Part shown: positions 29,230-40,241 of the stretch, one piece after another
Numbering within the stretch: the first letter of the stretch is position 1
Layout: every line of letters begins with the position of its first letter
NCBI GenBank assembly: GCA_045592705.1
Contig: JAZNVG010000029.1
Span: forward strand, 3,704-67,703
Length of the DNA: 64,000 bases
Direction of reading: 5' to 3'
Source of the DNA: Acutalibacteraceae bacterium
Lineage (GTDB): Bacteria; Bacillota; Clostridia; Oscillospirales; Acutalibacteraceae
Program-made: the position numbers and the translations under genes
The notes under the pieces: model-generated
Told to the model about the DNA's origin: nothing
Seen by the model: the letters and a program-made list of their open reading frames with translations, nothing else
The model's database searches: none

Positions 29230-29495
29230 CGTTGACCAAGAGAGTAAGCAGATTCTTGGCGCACCCCAGAGAGGATATGCGTGGCTGAAACATATCCGTG
29301 CGTTGGTTTGCCGAAGTTCACTTGTTAGCGGTGCGGCTGAAGCTTTTTGTTGTAGGTCGCAACGGTTTGCAACCGTTACCGTGCAAAAAACGCCATCGCG
29401 CGTTTGTGAGTGTCTGCCTTTTGGCAGGAATATGGGTGGTACCGCGGAGTCGTCTTCGTCCCAAGTCGGAACGAAGGCGTTTATTTTTTTATTCG
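29230..29495 (+). ncRNA. T-box riboswitch (Phe)
   Basis: Stem I AGAGAG...GCTGAAA; specifier GAAG-TTC (29317-29319, Phe); T-box AATATGGGTGGTACCGCGG (29429-29447); terminator CGTCTTCGTCC/GGAACGAAGGCG + T run. Confidence 0.93.
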
Positions 29496-29508
29496 GAGGT
29501 AGTTTGAA

Positions 29509-30573
29509 ATGCAAGAAAAAACAGCAAGTCTCAAAAAACAGTTTGAGGAAAAAATCGCAACTGCCGCTTCAACCGCCGAGGTTGAGCAGTTAAGAATTGA
29601 ATTTATCGGCAAAAAGGGTTACGTTGCCGACCTTATGGGTCAGCTTCGCACAATTCCCAACGAAAGCAAAAAAGAAGCAGGTCAGCTTATTAATGAAGTA
29701 AAGCAATTTATCGAGGGCGCGCTTGCCGCAAAGCTCAGCGAACTTGCAAAGCTTGAAGAAGAGCGCCTTATCAACAGCACCGAGGCTTATGATGAGTCAT
29801 TCCCGAGCAATGTTGACTGCGGCTCATATCACCCCATCACACTTGTTCAGCGTGAGGTTGAAAGCATTTTCGAAACAATGGGCTTTGCAATTGAAGATTA
29901 CTACGAGGTAACCGATGATTACAATTGCTTTGAGGCTCTCAATATTCCCAAAAATCACCCTGCAAGAGATATGCAGGACACTTATTATCTGAGCACAGGA
30001 CAGCTTCTCAAGACCCACACCTCTGCTGCACAGAACACAATTCTGCGCAAGTATGCCGCCGACCTTGAAAAGGGTCTGCCCCTGCGTGCGGTTTTCCCCA
30101 GCCGTTGCTTCAGAAACGAAAAAATTGATGCTTGTCACGAAAATACATTCTTCCAGATGGAAGGTATGATGGTTGACAGGGATATTTCAATTTCAAACCT
30201 TATTTACTTTATGAAAACAATGCTTTCCGAGGTTTTCCAGCGCGATATCACTGTTCGTCTGCGCCCCGGCTTCTTCCCCTTCGTTGAACCCGGCTTTGAG
30301 CTTGACATTCAGTGTCTTATCTGCCACGGCGAGGGCTGTCCTTCCTGCAAAAATTCCGGTTGGCTTGAGCTTTGCCCCTGCGGTATGATTCATCCCAACG
30401 TTCTGTCTGCGGGCGGCGTTGACCCCGAAAAATACACAGGCTTTGCTTTCGGCCTCGGTCTTACAAGACTTGCAATGATGAGATACGGCATCAAAGATAT
30501 CCGTGTTTTCAATTCATGCAATCTTAAATCACTTTCACAGTTCAACAACAGAACCTTTACGGTTAACGAATAA
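29509..30573 (+). CDS. pheS: Phenylalanine-tRNA ligase alpha subunit
   Basis: HPARDMQDT, THTS, FRNE, FFPFVEPG, GFAFGLGLTR. Confidence 0.97.
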   Translation: MQEKTASLKKQFEEKIATAASTAEVEQLRIEFIGKKGYVADLMGQLRTIPNESKKEAGQLINEVKQFIEGALAAKLSELAKLEEERLINSTEAYDESFPSNVDCGSYHPITLVQREVESIFETMGFAIEDYYEVTDDYNCFEALNIPKNHPARDMQDTYYLSTGQLLKTHTSAAQNTILRKYAADLEKGLPLRAVFPSRCFRNEKIDACHENTFFQMEGMMVDRDISISNLIYFMKTMLSEVFQRDITVRLRPGFFPFVEPGFELDIQCLICHGEGCPSCKNSGWLELCPCGMIHPNVLSAGGVDPEKYTGFAFGLGLTRLAMMRYGIKDIRVFNSCNLKSLSQFNNRTFTVNE

Positions 30574-30591
30574 GGGCGGGAGGTAAAAGAA

Positions 30592-32955
30592 ATGTTTGTA
30601 TCAATTAACTGGATTAAAGAATATGTTAACCTCGACGGCTTTGATATTGACAAGCTTATCGGCAGCTTCACTCTTGCCACAGCCGAGGTTGAGGAAATAA
30701 TTCACAAGGGCGACGACGTTCAGAACGTTGTTGTCGGTGAGATTGTTTCAATTGAAAATCATCCCGATTCCAAGAAGCTTCATCTTCTTAAGGTTGACGG
30801 CGGCGACAGACTTTATGACGTTGTCTGCGGTGCACCAAACGTTGCAATGAATATGAAGGTTGCTTTTGTAAAGGCAGGCGGCAGAGTTCCCGCCGGCGAA
30901 ATCACAAAGGCAAAAATTGCCGGCTATGAGTCCGAGGGTATGTGCTGTTCAGCTTTTGAACTCGGTCTGAGCGACGATAAGTCCGGACTTATGCAAATCC
31001 GTGACGATGTTCCCAACGGCACTGACCTTAAGGCGGTTTATCCGATTGATGACGTTATTTTTGAGGTTGACAACAAGTCCCTCACCAACCGTCCCGACCT
31101 CTGGGGTCACTACGGCATTGCCCGCGAATTTGCGGCACTTGCAGGCAGAGAATTAAAGCCCCTCAACCTTGCCGACCTTGATTATGACGGCGATTACAAG
31201 GTTCCCGTAACAATTGAGCGCGAGGATATGGCTTTCAGATATTCTTGCCTTAAAATGGATAATATCGGTGTTAATGTCAGCAATGAAGTTATGTCAACCC
31301 GTCTTTATTACTGCGGTATGCGTCCCATTAACCTGCTTGCCGACGTAACCAACTACATTATGCTTGAGGTCGGCCAGCCCACTCACGCATTTGACGCTAC
31401 AAAAATCACCGATATCGTTGTAAAAACTCCCGCCGAAAAAATGAATTTCACAACCCTTGACGGCGTGGAAAGAGTTGTTGATGAAGATACTCTTATGATC
31501 TGCAACGGAGACACACCTGTTGCCATTGCAGGTATTATGGGCGGTCTTGACTCCGAAATCGTTGACGGCACAACATCCGTTGTTCTCGAAAGCGCAAACT
31601 TTGACGGCGCCTGCGTGCGTAAATCTTCTTCACGTCTCGGCCACAGAACGGATGCAAGCGCAAGATATGAGAAGATGCTTGACCCCGAGCTTACTCTTGT
31701 TGCAATCAGACGCTTTGTTCAGCTTGTTAAAGAAGCGGACCCCAACGCTGTCATTGCTTCTCAGCTTACCGATGTTTATCCCACAAAATATCCCGAAATC
31801 ACTCTTACAATCGACAAGGCTTACGTTGACCGTTACACCGGTATCGACATCAGCTGTGAGCGTATTTACAACACCCTTGTTTCTCTCGGTTTCAAGGTCG
31901 AAATGAACGGCGAAGAATTCACTGTTGTTGTTCCTTCCTGGCGTGCAACCAAGGATGTTACAATCAAAGCTGACCTTATCGAAGAAATTACCCGTATTTA
32001 CGGCTATGATAACTTTGAAATCGCAACCACAAGAAGCCCCTTGAAGCCTGTTGCACCTTCAATTGCAAGAAGTGAGGATAACGAAATCAAAGACCTTCTT
32101 GTCAAGAAATATTCACTGCACGAGGTTCATTCTTATCTTTGGACAGACAGCAAAAAGTATAAGAAACTCGGCATTGAGGTTGAGGAAAACGTAAAAGTTC
32201 TCAACATTGAAACCTCTGAAAACGGAACTCTCAGAAATTCAATGCTTCCCACCTTGCTCAGCGCGGTTTATGATAACCGTGATTTTTCCGATAAATTCGG
32301 AATTTTTGAAATCGGCAGAGTAATCAAGGGCACAAAAGCTGACGGTACCTGCGACGAGCACAGAAATCTCGGCATTGTTCTGTTTGACAAATCCGGCGAC
32401 GAAAAGAAGCTCTACTTTGAAACAGTTGCAATGATTAACAGCCTTTTTGCTCAGATAAAGCATACAAAGCCCGCTTTTGAAAAGACAGAGGTTGCTCACA
32501 AGTGGCAACACCCAAAAAACACTGCGGTCATTACTGCTGACGGTATTACTGTCGGTACACTCTGCACTCTTCATCCTCTCAACCGTACCAAGGTTGACAA
32601 AACCGCAGCGGTTGTCTGCGTTGAAATTGACCTTGATTCCTTCAACAGCGTAAAGGGTCGCTCCATCAGCTTTGTTGAACCCTCAACACAGCAGCAGACC
32701 TATTATGACCTTTCACTTGTTCTCACCCCCGAAATCAAGTTCTCACAGCTTGAAACGGCTTGGAATTCTCTTGAGCTTGCCGAACTCAACACGGTGAAGG
32801 TTATTGACGTTTATGAGAAGGATGATATCAAGAGTGTCACTGTCCGTCTTGTATTCTGTGCTTACGACCGCACACTCGGAATGGATGAGGTTCAGTCTTG
32901 GATTGACAGGATTCTTGCAAATCTTGCCACTCTCGGTGTTACAATAAGATCATAA
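30592..32955 (+). CDS. pheT: Phenylalanine-tRNA ligase beta subunit
   Basis: VVCGAPNV, SEGMCCS, NRPDLWGHYGIARE, VPSWR, DLIEEITRIYGY. Confidence 0.97.
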   Translation: MFVSINWIKEYVNLDGFDIDKLIGSFTLATAEVEEIIHKGDDVQNVVVGEIVSIENHPDSKKLHLLKVDGGDRLYDVVCGAPNVAMNMKVAFVKAGGRVPAGEITKAKIAGYESEGMCCSAFELGLSDDKSGLMQIRDDVPNGTDLKAVYPIDDVIFEVDNKSLTNRPDLWGHYGIAREFAALAGRELKPLNLADLDYDGDYKVPVTIEREDMAFRYSCLKMDNIGVNVSNEVMSTRLYYCGMRPINLLADVTNYIMLEVGQPTHAFDATKITDIVVKTPAEKMNFTTLDGVERVVDEDTLMICNGDTPVAIAGIMGGLDSEIVDGTTSVVLESANFDGACVRKSSSRLGHRTDASARYEKMLDPELTLVAIRRFVQLVKEADPNAVIASQLTDVYPTKYPEITLTIDKAYVDRYTGIDISCERIYNTLVSLGFKVEMNGEEFTVVVPSWRATKDVTIKADLIEEITRIYGYDNFEIATTRSPLKPVAPSIARSEDNEIKDLLVKKYSLHEVHSYLWTDSKKYKKLGIEVEENVKVLNIETSENGTLRNSMLPTLLSAVYDNRDFSDKFGIFEIGRVIKGTKADGTCDEHRNLGIVLFDKSGDEKKLYFETVAMINSLFAQIKHTKPAFEKTEVAHKWQHPKNTAVITADGITVGTLCTLHPLNRTKVDKTAAVVCVEIDLDSFNSVKGRSISFVEPSTQQQTYYDLSLVLTPEIKFSQLETAWNSLELAELNTVKVIDVYEKDDIKSVTVRLVFCAYDRTLGMDEVQSWIDRILANLATLGVTIRS

Positions 32956-33067
32956 TTACGTGATTTCTTACAGAAACCAAAAAATATATTAAAACTTTTT
33001 TAAAATCGTTGTTTTATTTGAATTGATGCGGTATAATAACAACATCAAAATTAACGGAGGTGCTGAA

Positions 33068-33316
33068 ATGACCGACAAAACAATAAAATTCACAATCAGA
33101 GAAGAGCCTGAAAAAGAGATGCAACAAAACCTCAGATTGGTTTATGAAGCTCTTAACGAAAAAGGCTACAATTCAATCGGACAGATAGTCGGTTACATTC
33201 TCTCCGAGGACCCGACTTACATCACCACTCACAACAATGCACGCAGCATTGTCAGACGTCTTGACAGAGATGAGCTGCTTCAGGAAATGGTGAAATGTTA
33301 TCTCGGAATAAAATAA
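33068..33316 (+). CDS. ireB: IreB/ReoM-family regulatory phosphoprotein (UPF0297)
   Basis: DKTIKF, VYEALNEKGYNSIGQIVGYILSEDPTYIT..NNAR; start after GGAGG. Confidence 0.92.
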   Translation: MTDKTIKFTIREEPEKEMQQNLRLVYEALNEKGYNSIGQIVGYILSEDPTYITTHNNARSIVRRLDRDELLQEMVKCYLGIK

Positions 33317-33338
33317 TGTTTAAACAGGAGTAGAAATA

Positions 33339-33635
33339 ATGGCTAAAAAAAGCGACTTTCTGATGTATAAGGGTAAACCGCTTGTACGTAACGGCAAAAC
33401 AATTTATTACGGCTATATGAGCGAGCCCTATGTTGTGATTATTCAGATTACAAGTATGCGTGAAATTAAAGGCGTTGAGGTTGCAGACAGGGTTGTTGTT
33501 CAGCTTGTCAGCACTGACCCCGATGTGCGTCCCCGCGAAAGAATTGTCAAAAAAGCGGAGCGCACCGGTCTTTACAGCGCAATGGATATCGGCTCAATCT
33601 GGCTTGAACGTGAGCTTGGCAAAACCTCTGCATAA
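33339..33635 (+). CDS. Hypothetical protein, 98 aa
   Basis: AGGAG RBS, host-like codon usage, cotranscribed with ireB. Confidence 0.75.
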   Translation: MAKKSDFLMYKGKPLVRNGKTIYYGYMSEPYVVIIQITSMREIKGVEVADRVVVQLVSTDPDVRPRERIVKKAERTGLYSAMDIGSIWLERELGKTSA

Positions 33636-33647
33636 TTAATCTGCAAA

Positions 33648-33690
33648 AAAAGCGACCTGCGAAGGAAATTTTCCTCTGCAAGTCGCTTTT
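33648..33690. terminator. Bidirectional terminator
   Basis: AAAAGCGAC...GTCGCTTTT stem with A/T tails on both sides. Confidence 0.8.
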
Positions 33691-33700
33691 ATTTTTTTAT

Positions 33701-34297
33701 TTACTTACTTTGAACATGCTTTTCGATTTCGTCAAGCGTCATTTGTGTCAGGGTGCCTTTCACGGCGTGAAAACAGCTTTCGCCGAGACGAAAAATATGA
33801 ATGTCATTTTTGAGTGAGTCTGAAAAAACGTTTACAAATTCCGCGTCCGGCAATCTCTCGGCAAGGCGTAACGGCTTTTGCTTGTCTTTGCAGTTTCTGC
33901 CGATGATTTCACCCGTCTTTTTATCCATTCGTGTGGCAATCAGCACGTCAACACCGAATTCATCACAAATGGGTTTAAGAAAAAATTCGGGTGAAGCGGA
34001 GCAGACCACAATCGGTCTGCCGCTTCTGTTTTCGGGGTTAAAAATCGGATAAATTCTCTTGCGGTTTTTCCGCCAGAAACGGCATGCTTCTTTTTCGGCA
34101 TCCACAAAGCGAAGGAAAACAAAGCATTTGCCCTTGAATTTGTCACCGAAACCGAGAAAGAAAAGTGCAAGGCAGACCGCCTGATAAGGAATCAGAAAAG
34201 CAAGCCACGGTTTTCGTGCCATGCAGTAAAACAAAAAATCTGTTTCCGAGTCGTGCGGATATACCGTTTTATCAAAATCGTAAAGGTCAAATTTCAT
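33701..34297 (-). CDS. HAD-IB family phosphatase
   Basis: DFDKT motif I, VCSASP, NCKDKQK, FSDSLKND. Confidence 0.85.
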   Translation of the reverse strand: MKFDLYDFDKTVYPHDSETDFLFYCMARKPWLAFLIPYQAVCLALFFLGFGDKFKGKCFVFLRFVDAEKEACRFWRKNRKRIYPIFNPENRSGRPIVVCSASPEFFLKPICDEFGVDVLIATRMDKKTGEIIGRNCKDKQKPLRLAERLPDAEFVNVFSDSLKNDIHIFRLGESCFHAVKGTLTQMTLDEIEKHVQSK

Positions 34298-34298
34298 T

Positions 34299-36599
34299 TT
34301 AAATCCTTACAGTAGTTTTTTTGCCGTCAAGTTTTACGTTGACGGTTTTGCCGTTGTATGAAACGGTTGTTTCGCCGTTGCCGCAAAGGCAAAGCTCACA
34401 AAGCTTGCCGTCTTTCCACGTGATGTCAACCGTGATGTTGCCCTTTGCAAGCAGACCCTTGACACTGCCGTTTTTCCAAGCGTCGGGCAGAGCGGGCAGC
34501 ACAACGATTTCACCGCTTGCCGACTGCATAAGCATTTCGGTAATTCCGCTGACATAGCCGAAGTTTCCGTCAATCTGGAAGGGGGGATGTGCATCGAAAA
34601 GATTGTCGTAGGTGCCGCCGCCTTTGTGATATTTTATACCGTTGCCGCCGGGAACGTGGCGAAGCTGAAGCTCTATGAGTTTGAGTGCGTGGTTACCGTC
34701 ACGAAGTCTTGCCCAGAAATTGATTTTCCATCCGAGACTCCAGCCGGTGCCGTTGTCGCCTCTGATTTCAAGTGTCTTTTTGCAGGCATCAATAAGGTCG
34801 GGGTTTCTGTCGTAATTGATAAGTCCGGCGGGGTGAAGAGCATAAAGATGAGAAACGTGTCTGTGGTGAATTTCCTTTTCCTCATATTCGCTGTCCCACT
34901 CAAGAAGCTGACCCTTTGAGCCGACTTTGAAGGGCTTGATTTTTGCCATTTTTTCTTTAAGCTCAGCAACAAAATCGCCGTCAATGCCGAGCTTTTCAGC
35001 GGCTGCAACGGTGTTTGTGAAAACGTCAAGAACAATACTCATTGTCATTGTGGAAGTCTTGGCGACACTGCATTCATCACCCTGATAAACAAAATCGTTT
35101 TCGGGTGAGGTTGAGGGCGCAAAAATAAGCTCGCCGTTGTACTCAACCAGCATCGCATTAAAGAATTCCGCATTCTTTTTAAGCAGAGGATATGCGGTAT
35201 CTTTCAGATAATCAATATCGTTTGTGTATTCATAGTGCTCGTAAGCGTGGCGGCTCATCCAGCCCGAGGAGCAGGGCCAGAATGCCCAGACGCAGGAACC
35301 GTTGACGGGTGTCGCAAGGCGCCAGATGTCAACATTGTGGTGAGAACAGCAGCCGGGAGCGCCGTAAATTTCTCTTGCGGCTCTTTCGCCCGTAACAGCG
35401 AGTTCCTGAAGCATCTTGATAAGCGGCAGGTTAACCTCGGGCATATTGCACATAAGCACCGGCCAGTAGTTCATTTCCGTGTTGATGTTAACCGTGTAGT
35501 TTGAGTGCCAGGGAGGAGTGATTTTGTCGTTCCAGATACCCTGAAGGGTGGAAGGCTGTGAGCCTTCACGTGAACTTGAAATTGAAAGATATCTGCCAAA
35601 ATTATAAACAAGTGTGATAAGTGAGGGATCGTTCTTTGTTCTGCCGAATTTCTTGAGTCGCTTGTCAGTACACAGCGAGTCCGCATCATTGGCACCGAGG
35701 TCGAGGCTTACGCGTGAATAAAGTGAGCGGTAGTCGGCAAGGTGGTTTTCTTTGATTGCGGCATAGTTTGTGACATTTTCAAGAGTTTTTGCGCAGGGTG
35801 CGGCAAATTCTTTGCCTTCAAGCAGGGGAAGCTTGTCAAAACCGTTGAAGCTTGTTTCGCAGGTGAAGAAAAGCTCGGCATATTCCGCATCTTCAACGCG
35901 AAGGAAAGTGTTCTGCTCAATGATTTTGCCGTCGGTGACAATTTTTACGCCGGATTTGAACTGAATTCCTCTGCGCTTGTCGTCGAGATAATAAACTTTG
36001 CGGCTTGACTCGTTGTTTTCATTGTTTTCGGAGGGGCATTCACCCTCAAGCCAGAGAATACCGTCACGCACATAGCTGTTTGCGCGAAGCTGGCTTGAAA
36101 GTCTGACCTCAAAAGCAAGCTTGCCGCCCTCTGCCTTATATCTTGCGGCAATAACCTTGTCGGGATAAGAAGCTATGTATTCACGTGTGTATTTTACACC
36201 TTTATTTCTGTACTGAACCGTGCTTACGGCATTTTCAAGGTCAAGTGTGCGCAGGTAATCCGCCGATCTTTTGCAGTGGTCAAAGGTAACCGTCATATCG
36301 CCAAGGGGCATATATGCCTGACTCCACTGACCGAGAAAATCTTTTTCAAGAAGTTTTTCCGCCTCGTGAAGCTTGCCTTCAAGAGCAAGGTCGCGTGCTT
36401 TATAATATGCGTTTTTATCAATGCCTTCGCAGGTGTTGCGGGGATAGCCTGTCCAAAGCTCGTCATGGTTAAGTGCAAGCTTTTCTTCCTTGACACCGCC
36501 GTAAATCATTGCGCCGAGCGTGCCGTTGCCGATGGGCATACACTGCGTCCAAACTTTTGCAGGTGAATCATATTTTAATGTTGAAGCGCCGTTAATCAT
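34299..36599 (-). CDS. GH95 alpha-L-fucosidase-like glycoside hydrolase (no signal peptide)
   Basis: [58 protein letters not shown]. Confidence 0.93.
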   Translation of the reverse strand: MINGASTLKYDSPAKVWTQCMPIGNGTLGAMIYGGVKEEKLALNHDELWTGYPRNTCEGIDKNAYYKARDLALEGKLHEAEKLLEKDFLGQWSQAYMPLGDMTVTFDHCKRSADYLRTLDLENAVSTVQYRNKGVKYTREYIASYPDKVIAARYKAEGGKLAFEVRLSSQLRANSYVRDGILWLEGECPSENNENNESSRKVYYLDDKRRGIQFKSGVKIVTDGKIIEQNTFLRVEDAEYAELFFTCETSFNGFDKLPLLEGKEFAAPCAKTLENVTNYAAIKENHLADYRSLYSRVSLDLGANDADSLCTDKRLKKFGRTKNDPSLITLVYNFGRYLSISSSREGSQPSTLQGIWNDKITPPWHSNYTVNINTEMNYWPVLMCNMPEVNLPLIKMLQELAVTGERAAREIYGAPGCCSHHNVDIWRLATPVNGSCVWAFWPCSSGWMSRHAYEHYEYTNDIDYLKDTAYPLLKKNAEFFNAMLVEYNGELIFAPSTSPENDFVYQGDECSVAKTSTMTMSIVLDVFTNTVAAAEKLGIDGDFVAELKEKMAKIKPFKVGSKGQLLEWDSEYEEKEIHHRHVSHLYALHPAGLINYDRNPDLIDACKKTLEIRGDNGTGWSLGWKINFWARLRDGNHALKLIELQLRHVPGGNGIKYHKGGGTYDNLFDAHPPFQIDGNFGYVSGITEMLMQSASGEIVVLPALPDAWKNGSVKGLLAKGNITVDITWKDGKLCELCLCGNGETTVSYNGKTVNVKLDGKKTTVRI

Positions 36600-36792
36600 A
36601 GGGTTTGTTCCTTTCTTTGAAAGATTTATAATTACAGTATAACTGTATATCTTCCTTAAGTCAATGTAATAAAATGAAAGTTTTCTTGCAAAACTTCATG
36701 CATTTCACTTGCTTTTTAATTTGTGTTGGTGTAAAATACTTAATTACGGATAACTGATATTTAATGTAATATTATAAAGGACAGGTGAGCTT

Positions 36793-37671
36793 ATGGCAGG
36801 CTCTTTGCAAAATAAAATTGATTGCATATACGGGACTCTCTCAAAGGGACACAAGCGTCTTGCCGATTATCTTAAAAGCGATTATGAAAAAGCGGCTTTT
36901 ATGACGGCGGCGGTTTTGGGAAAAACGGTCGGCGTTAGTGAATCTACGGTTGTGCGTTTTGCAACAAATCTCGGCTTTGAGGGATATCCTCAGCTTCAGA
37001 AATACCTGCAGGAGCTTGTTAAAAATCACCTTACAAGTATTCAGCGTATGGAAGTTTCCGCAAGCAAGATTAAAGGCGAAGACATCCTTGATTCCGCTTT
37101 GCTTGCCGATATTGAAATGATAAAAGCAACGCGTGAGCAGGTTTCCCGCGATGTTTTTGTCAAAAGCATTGATGCTCTCAGCAAAGCTTCCAAAATATAT
37201 GTTCTCGGTGTGCGTTCGTCAGCAACCCTTGCAAGCTTTCTTGCTTTTTATCTTAATCACATTTATGAAAACGTTGTTCTGATTGACACTTCAAGCAAAA
37301 GTGAACTTTTTGAACAGCTTTACCGTATTGACAGCGGCGATGTCTGCGTTGCAATCAGCTTTCCGCGTTATTCCAATCAGACAATCAATGCCTGTCGTTT
37401 TGCAAGTGAAAGGGGAGCAACCGTTATTTCAATAACCGACGGCGAGCAATCTCCGCTTGCAAAATTCACAACCTATCTTCTTGTTGCAAGAAGTAATATG
37501 GTTTCTTTCGTTGATTCTCTCGTTGCACCGTTGAGCCTTATCAATGCTCTGATTGCGGCTGCGGCACACGAGAAGAGTGCCGAAGTTTATAACAATCTGC
37601 AAACACTTGAAGAAATCTGGAACACATACCGTGTTTATAATTCAATGGAGGTGGATGCCGATGCAGACTGA
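36793..37671 (+). CDS. MurR/RpiR family transcriptional regulator
   Basis: HTH VGVSESTVVRFATNLGFEGY + SIS domain (GVRSS, ISFPRYS, ITDG..SPLA). Confidence 0.93.
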   Translation: MAGSLQNKIDCIYGTLSKGHKRLADYLKSDYEKAAFMTAAVLGKTVGVSESTVVRFATNLGFEGYPQLQKYLQELVKNHLTSIQRMEVSASKIKGEDILDSALLADIEMIKATREQVSRDVFVKSIDALSKASKIYVLGVRSSATLASFLAFYLNHIYENVVLIDTSSKSELFEQLYRIDSGDVCVAISFPRYSNQTINACRFASERGATVISITDGEQSPLAKFTTYLLVARSNMVSFVDSLVAPLSLINALIAAAAHEKSAEVYNNLQTLEEIWNTYRVYNSMEVDADAD

Positions 37672-38911
37672 TGTTCTTGTTATCGGCGCGGGTGCCGCCG
37701 GTCTTATGGCGGCAGGCAGAGCCGCTTTGAGCGGAGCAAAAACCGTGATGCTTGAGCGTAACGACCGTGTCGGCAGAAAGGTTATGATAACCGGAAAGGG
37801 CAGATGCAATGTTACGAATGCCTGCACCTCGCTTGATGAATTGATTGCCGCCGTGCCTGTAAACGGCAGATTCCTTTTCAGTGCCTTTTCGCGTTTTATG
37901 CCTTATGATACAATGGATTTCTTTGAAAGCAGGGGAGTTGCGCTGAAAATTGAACGCGGCAACCGTGTCTTCCCCGAATCCGACAAGGCGGTTGATGTTG
38001 TTGATGCCCTGCGCGATTATGCCGTTTCATCAGGCGCACAGCTTGTTAAAGGCCGTGCCGTGGAGCTTCTTTGCGAAAACGGAAAGGTGAGCGGTGTTCG
38101 CACCGAAGACGGTGAGGTAATAACCGCAAAGGCTGTGGTTGTTGCAACGGGCGGTATTTCGTATCCGCTGACAGGTTCAACCGGTGACGGATATGAGCTT
38201 GCAACGCAGGCGGGACATCAGATAATTGACCCCAAACCTTCCCTTGTTCCGCTGGAGGTTCACGAAGGCTTCTGCACCGATTTGCAGGGTCTTTCCCTTC
38301 GCAATATTTCCATTACCGTTACAGACACGAAGACCTACAAAGAAGTTTACAGCGATTTCGGTGAAATGCTTTTCACCCATTTCGGTGTCTCCGGTCCCGT
38401 GATTCTCAGTGCTTCCGCACATCTTAAAAATATGGAGCGCGGAAAATATAAAATCTCAATTGACTTAAAACCCGCCCTCACCTACGAACAGCTGGATGCG
38501 CGCGTGTTACGTGATTTTTCGGAAAATTCAAACCGTTCTTTCATTAATTCGCTCAATGGTCTTTTGCCCAAAAAGCTTGTTCCCGTTATTGTAAAGCTTA
38601 CGGGAATTCCGCTTTCAACAAAGGTCAATCAGGTGACAAAAGAGCAAAGGGCAAAGCTTGTTTACCTGCTTAAAAATCTTGAACTTACCGTCACCGATTT
38701 CCGACCGATTGCCGAGGCAATTGTCACCTCGGGCGGTGTCAGCGTTAAACAGATTGACGCAAAGTCAATGCAGTCAAAGCTTATGCAGGGTCTTTTTTTT
38801 GCAGGCGAAGTCATTGACGTTGATGCTTATACCGGCGGATTCAATCTGCAAATTGCCTTTTCCACGGGGCAGGCCGCAGGCGGTGCGGCGGCTGATTATG
38901 CCAATAATTAA
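37661..38911 (+). CDS. HI0933/BaiN-like NAD(P)/FAD-dependent oxidoreductase
   Basis: GAGAAG, GRKVMITGKGRCNVTN, LFTHFGVSGP, VTSGGV, TGGFNLQ; start refined to MQTD. Confidence 0.92.
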   Translation: MQTDVLVIGAGAAGLMAAGRAALSGAKTVMLERNDRVGRKVMITGKGRCNVTNACTSLDELIAAVPVNGRFLFSAFSRFMPYDTMDFFESRGVALKIERGNRVFPESDKAVDVVDALRDYAVSSGAQLVKGRAVELLCENGKVSGVRTEDGEVITAKAVVVATGGISYPLTGSTGDGYELATQAGHQIIDPKPSLVPLEVHEGFCTDLQGLSLRNISITVTDTKTYKEVYSDFGEMLFTHFGVSGPVILSASAHLKNMERGKYKISIDLKPALTYEQLDARVLRDFSENSNRSFINSLNGLLPKKLVPVIVKLTGIPLSTKVNQVTKEQRAKLVYLLKNLELTVTDFRPIAEAIVTSGGVSVKQIDAKSMQSKLMQGLFFAGEVIDVDAYTGGFNLQIAFSTGQAAGGAAADYANN

Positions 38912-38928
38912 CATTTATGAGGTGTGTT

Positions 38929-39603
38929 ATGAGTAAAATTATCAATGTTGCCGTTGACGGACCTGCCGGCGCAGGCAAAAGCACAATTTCAAGAGCTGCG
39001 GCAAAGGCTTTGGGATACATTTATGTTGATACGGGTGCGCTTTACCGTGCCGTCGGTGTCAATGCATTGAGAAAGGGCTACGACACCGCTGATAAGGCGG
39101 CAGTTGAAGAATCCATAAAGGGAATTGAGGTTGACCTCACTTTTGTTGACGGTGAACAGCGTGTTCTTCTTTTCGGCGAAAACGTTTCGGGCGAAATCAG
39201 AACACCCGAGGCTTCAATGGCGGCTTCAAATGTTTCCGCCGTACCTGCCGTGCGCTCTCTTCTGTTTGATTTGCAGCGTGATATTGCAAGCCGTAACAAC
39301 TGTATTATGGACGGCAGAGATATCGGTACCGTTGTGCTTCCGGATGCTCAGGTGAAAATTTTCCTCACTGCCTCCGCTGAAGCCCGTGCACAGCGCCGCT
39401 ACAAAGAGCTTGTTGAAAAAGGAACACAAGTAAAATTTGAAGATGTACTTGCAGAAATGATTCAAAGAGATTATAATGATTCTCATCGTGAGATTGCACC
39501 CCTCAAGCCCGCCGAAGATTCCGTGCTCCTTGATACAACCGAGCTCGGTCTTGAGGAAAGTATTGATAAACTTATCAGCATAGTAAAGGAGAAGACAATA
39601 TGA
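38929..39603 (+). CDS. cmk: Cytidylate kinase
   Basis: AVDGPAGAGKST, DTGALYR, DGRDIGTVV, FLTASAEARAQRR. Confidence 0.97.
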   Translation: MSKIINVAVDGPAGAGKSTISRAAAKALGYIYVDTGALYRAVGVNALRKGYDTADKAAVEESIKGIEVDLTFVDGEQRVLLFGENVSGEIRTPEASMAASNVSAVPAVRSLLFDLQRDIASRNNCIMDGRDIGTVVLPDAQVKIFLTASAEARAQRRYKELVEKGTQVKFEDVLAEMIQRDYNDSHREIAPLKPAEDSVLLDTTELGLEESIDKLISIVKEKTI

Positions 39604-40241
39604 AAGGCTTTGATTATTCAAAATTAAGTGACAGCAAGACTTATGATTTTCTCAGACCCGTCGGCAAGCTTCTTTGCAAAATGCTTTACGATTTTGAATA
39701 TGTGGGTCTTGAGAATATTCCCGAGGACGGAGGCTTCATTCTTGCCGCTAACCATTACACCGCCCTTGACCCCGTTTATATTGCCATTCCGATGGAGAAA
39801 AGACAGCTTCACTTTATGGCAAAAAAAGAGCTTTATGACAACAAAATCGTTGCCTGGGCTTTTACAAAGCTCAACGGCTTCCCCATTGTAAGAGGTAGCC
39901 GTGACAAAGCGGCTATTGATTATGCAATCCGTATTCCCAAAGAGGGATATGTTCTCGGTATTTTCCCTGAGGGCACACGCTCCAAAACCTTCACTCCCGG
40001 CAATGCAAAGTCCGGTGTTGCGCTGATTGCAAAAGAGGCAAAGGCACCTGTTCTGCCCGTGAGCATTTACAACACTGAACAGATGAAGAAAAGAACAAAG
40101 GTAACAATCCGTTTCGGCAAGCTGATTCCTTATGAGGAGCTTGGTTTTACGGGTGAAGATTCACGCGATGAAATCAGAGAGGTTGCCAAAAACATAATGG
40201 GCGAAATCACCAAGCTTTGGGAGGAAGGTCATTGCGAATAA
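39600..40241 (+). CDS. plsC: 1-acyl-sn-glycerol-3-phosphate acyltransferase
   Basis: NHYTALD, FMAKKEL, IFPEGTRS. Confidence 0.92.
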   Translation: MKGFDYSKLSDSKTYDFLRPVGKLLCKMLYDFEYVGLENIPEDGGFILAANHYTALDPVYIAIPMEKRQLHFMAKKELYDNKIVAWAFTKLNGFPIVRGSRDKAAIDYAIRIPKEGYVLGIFPEGTRSKTFTPGNAKSGVALIAKEAKAPVLPVSIYNTEQMKKRTKVTIRFGKLIPYEELGFTGEDSRDEIREVAKNIMGEITKLWEEGHCE

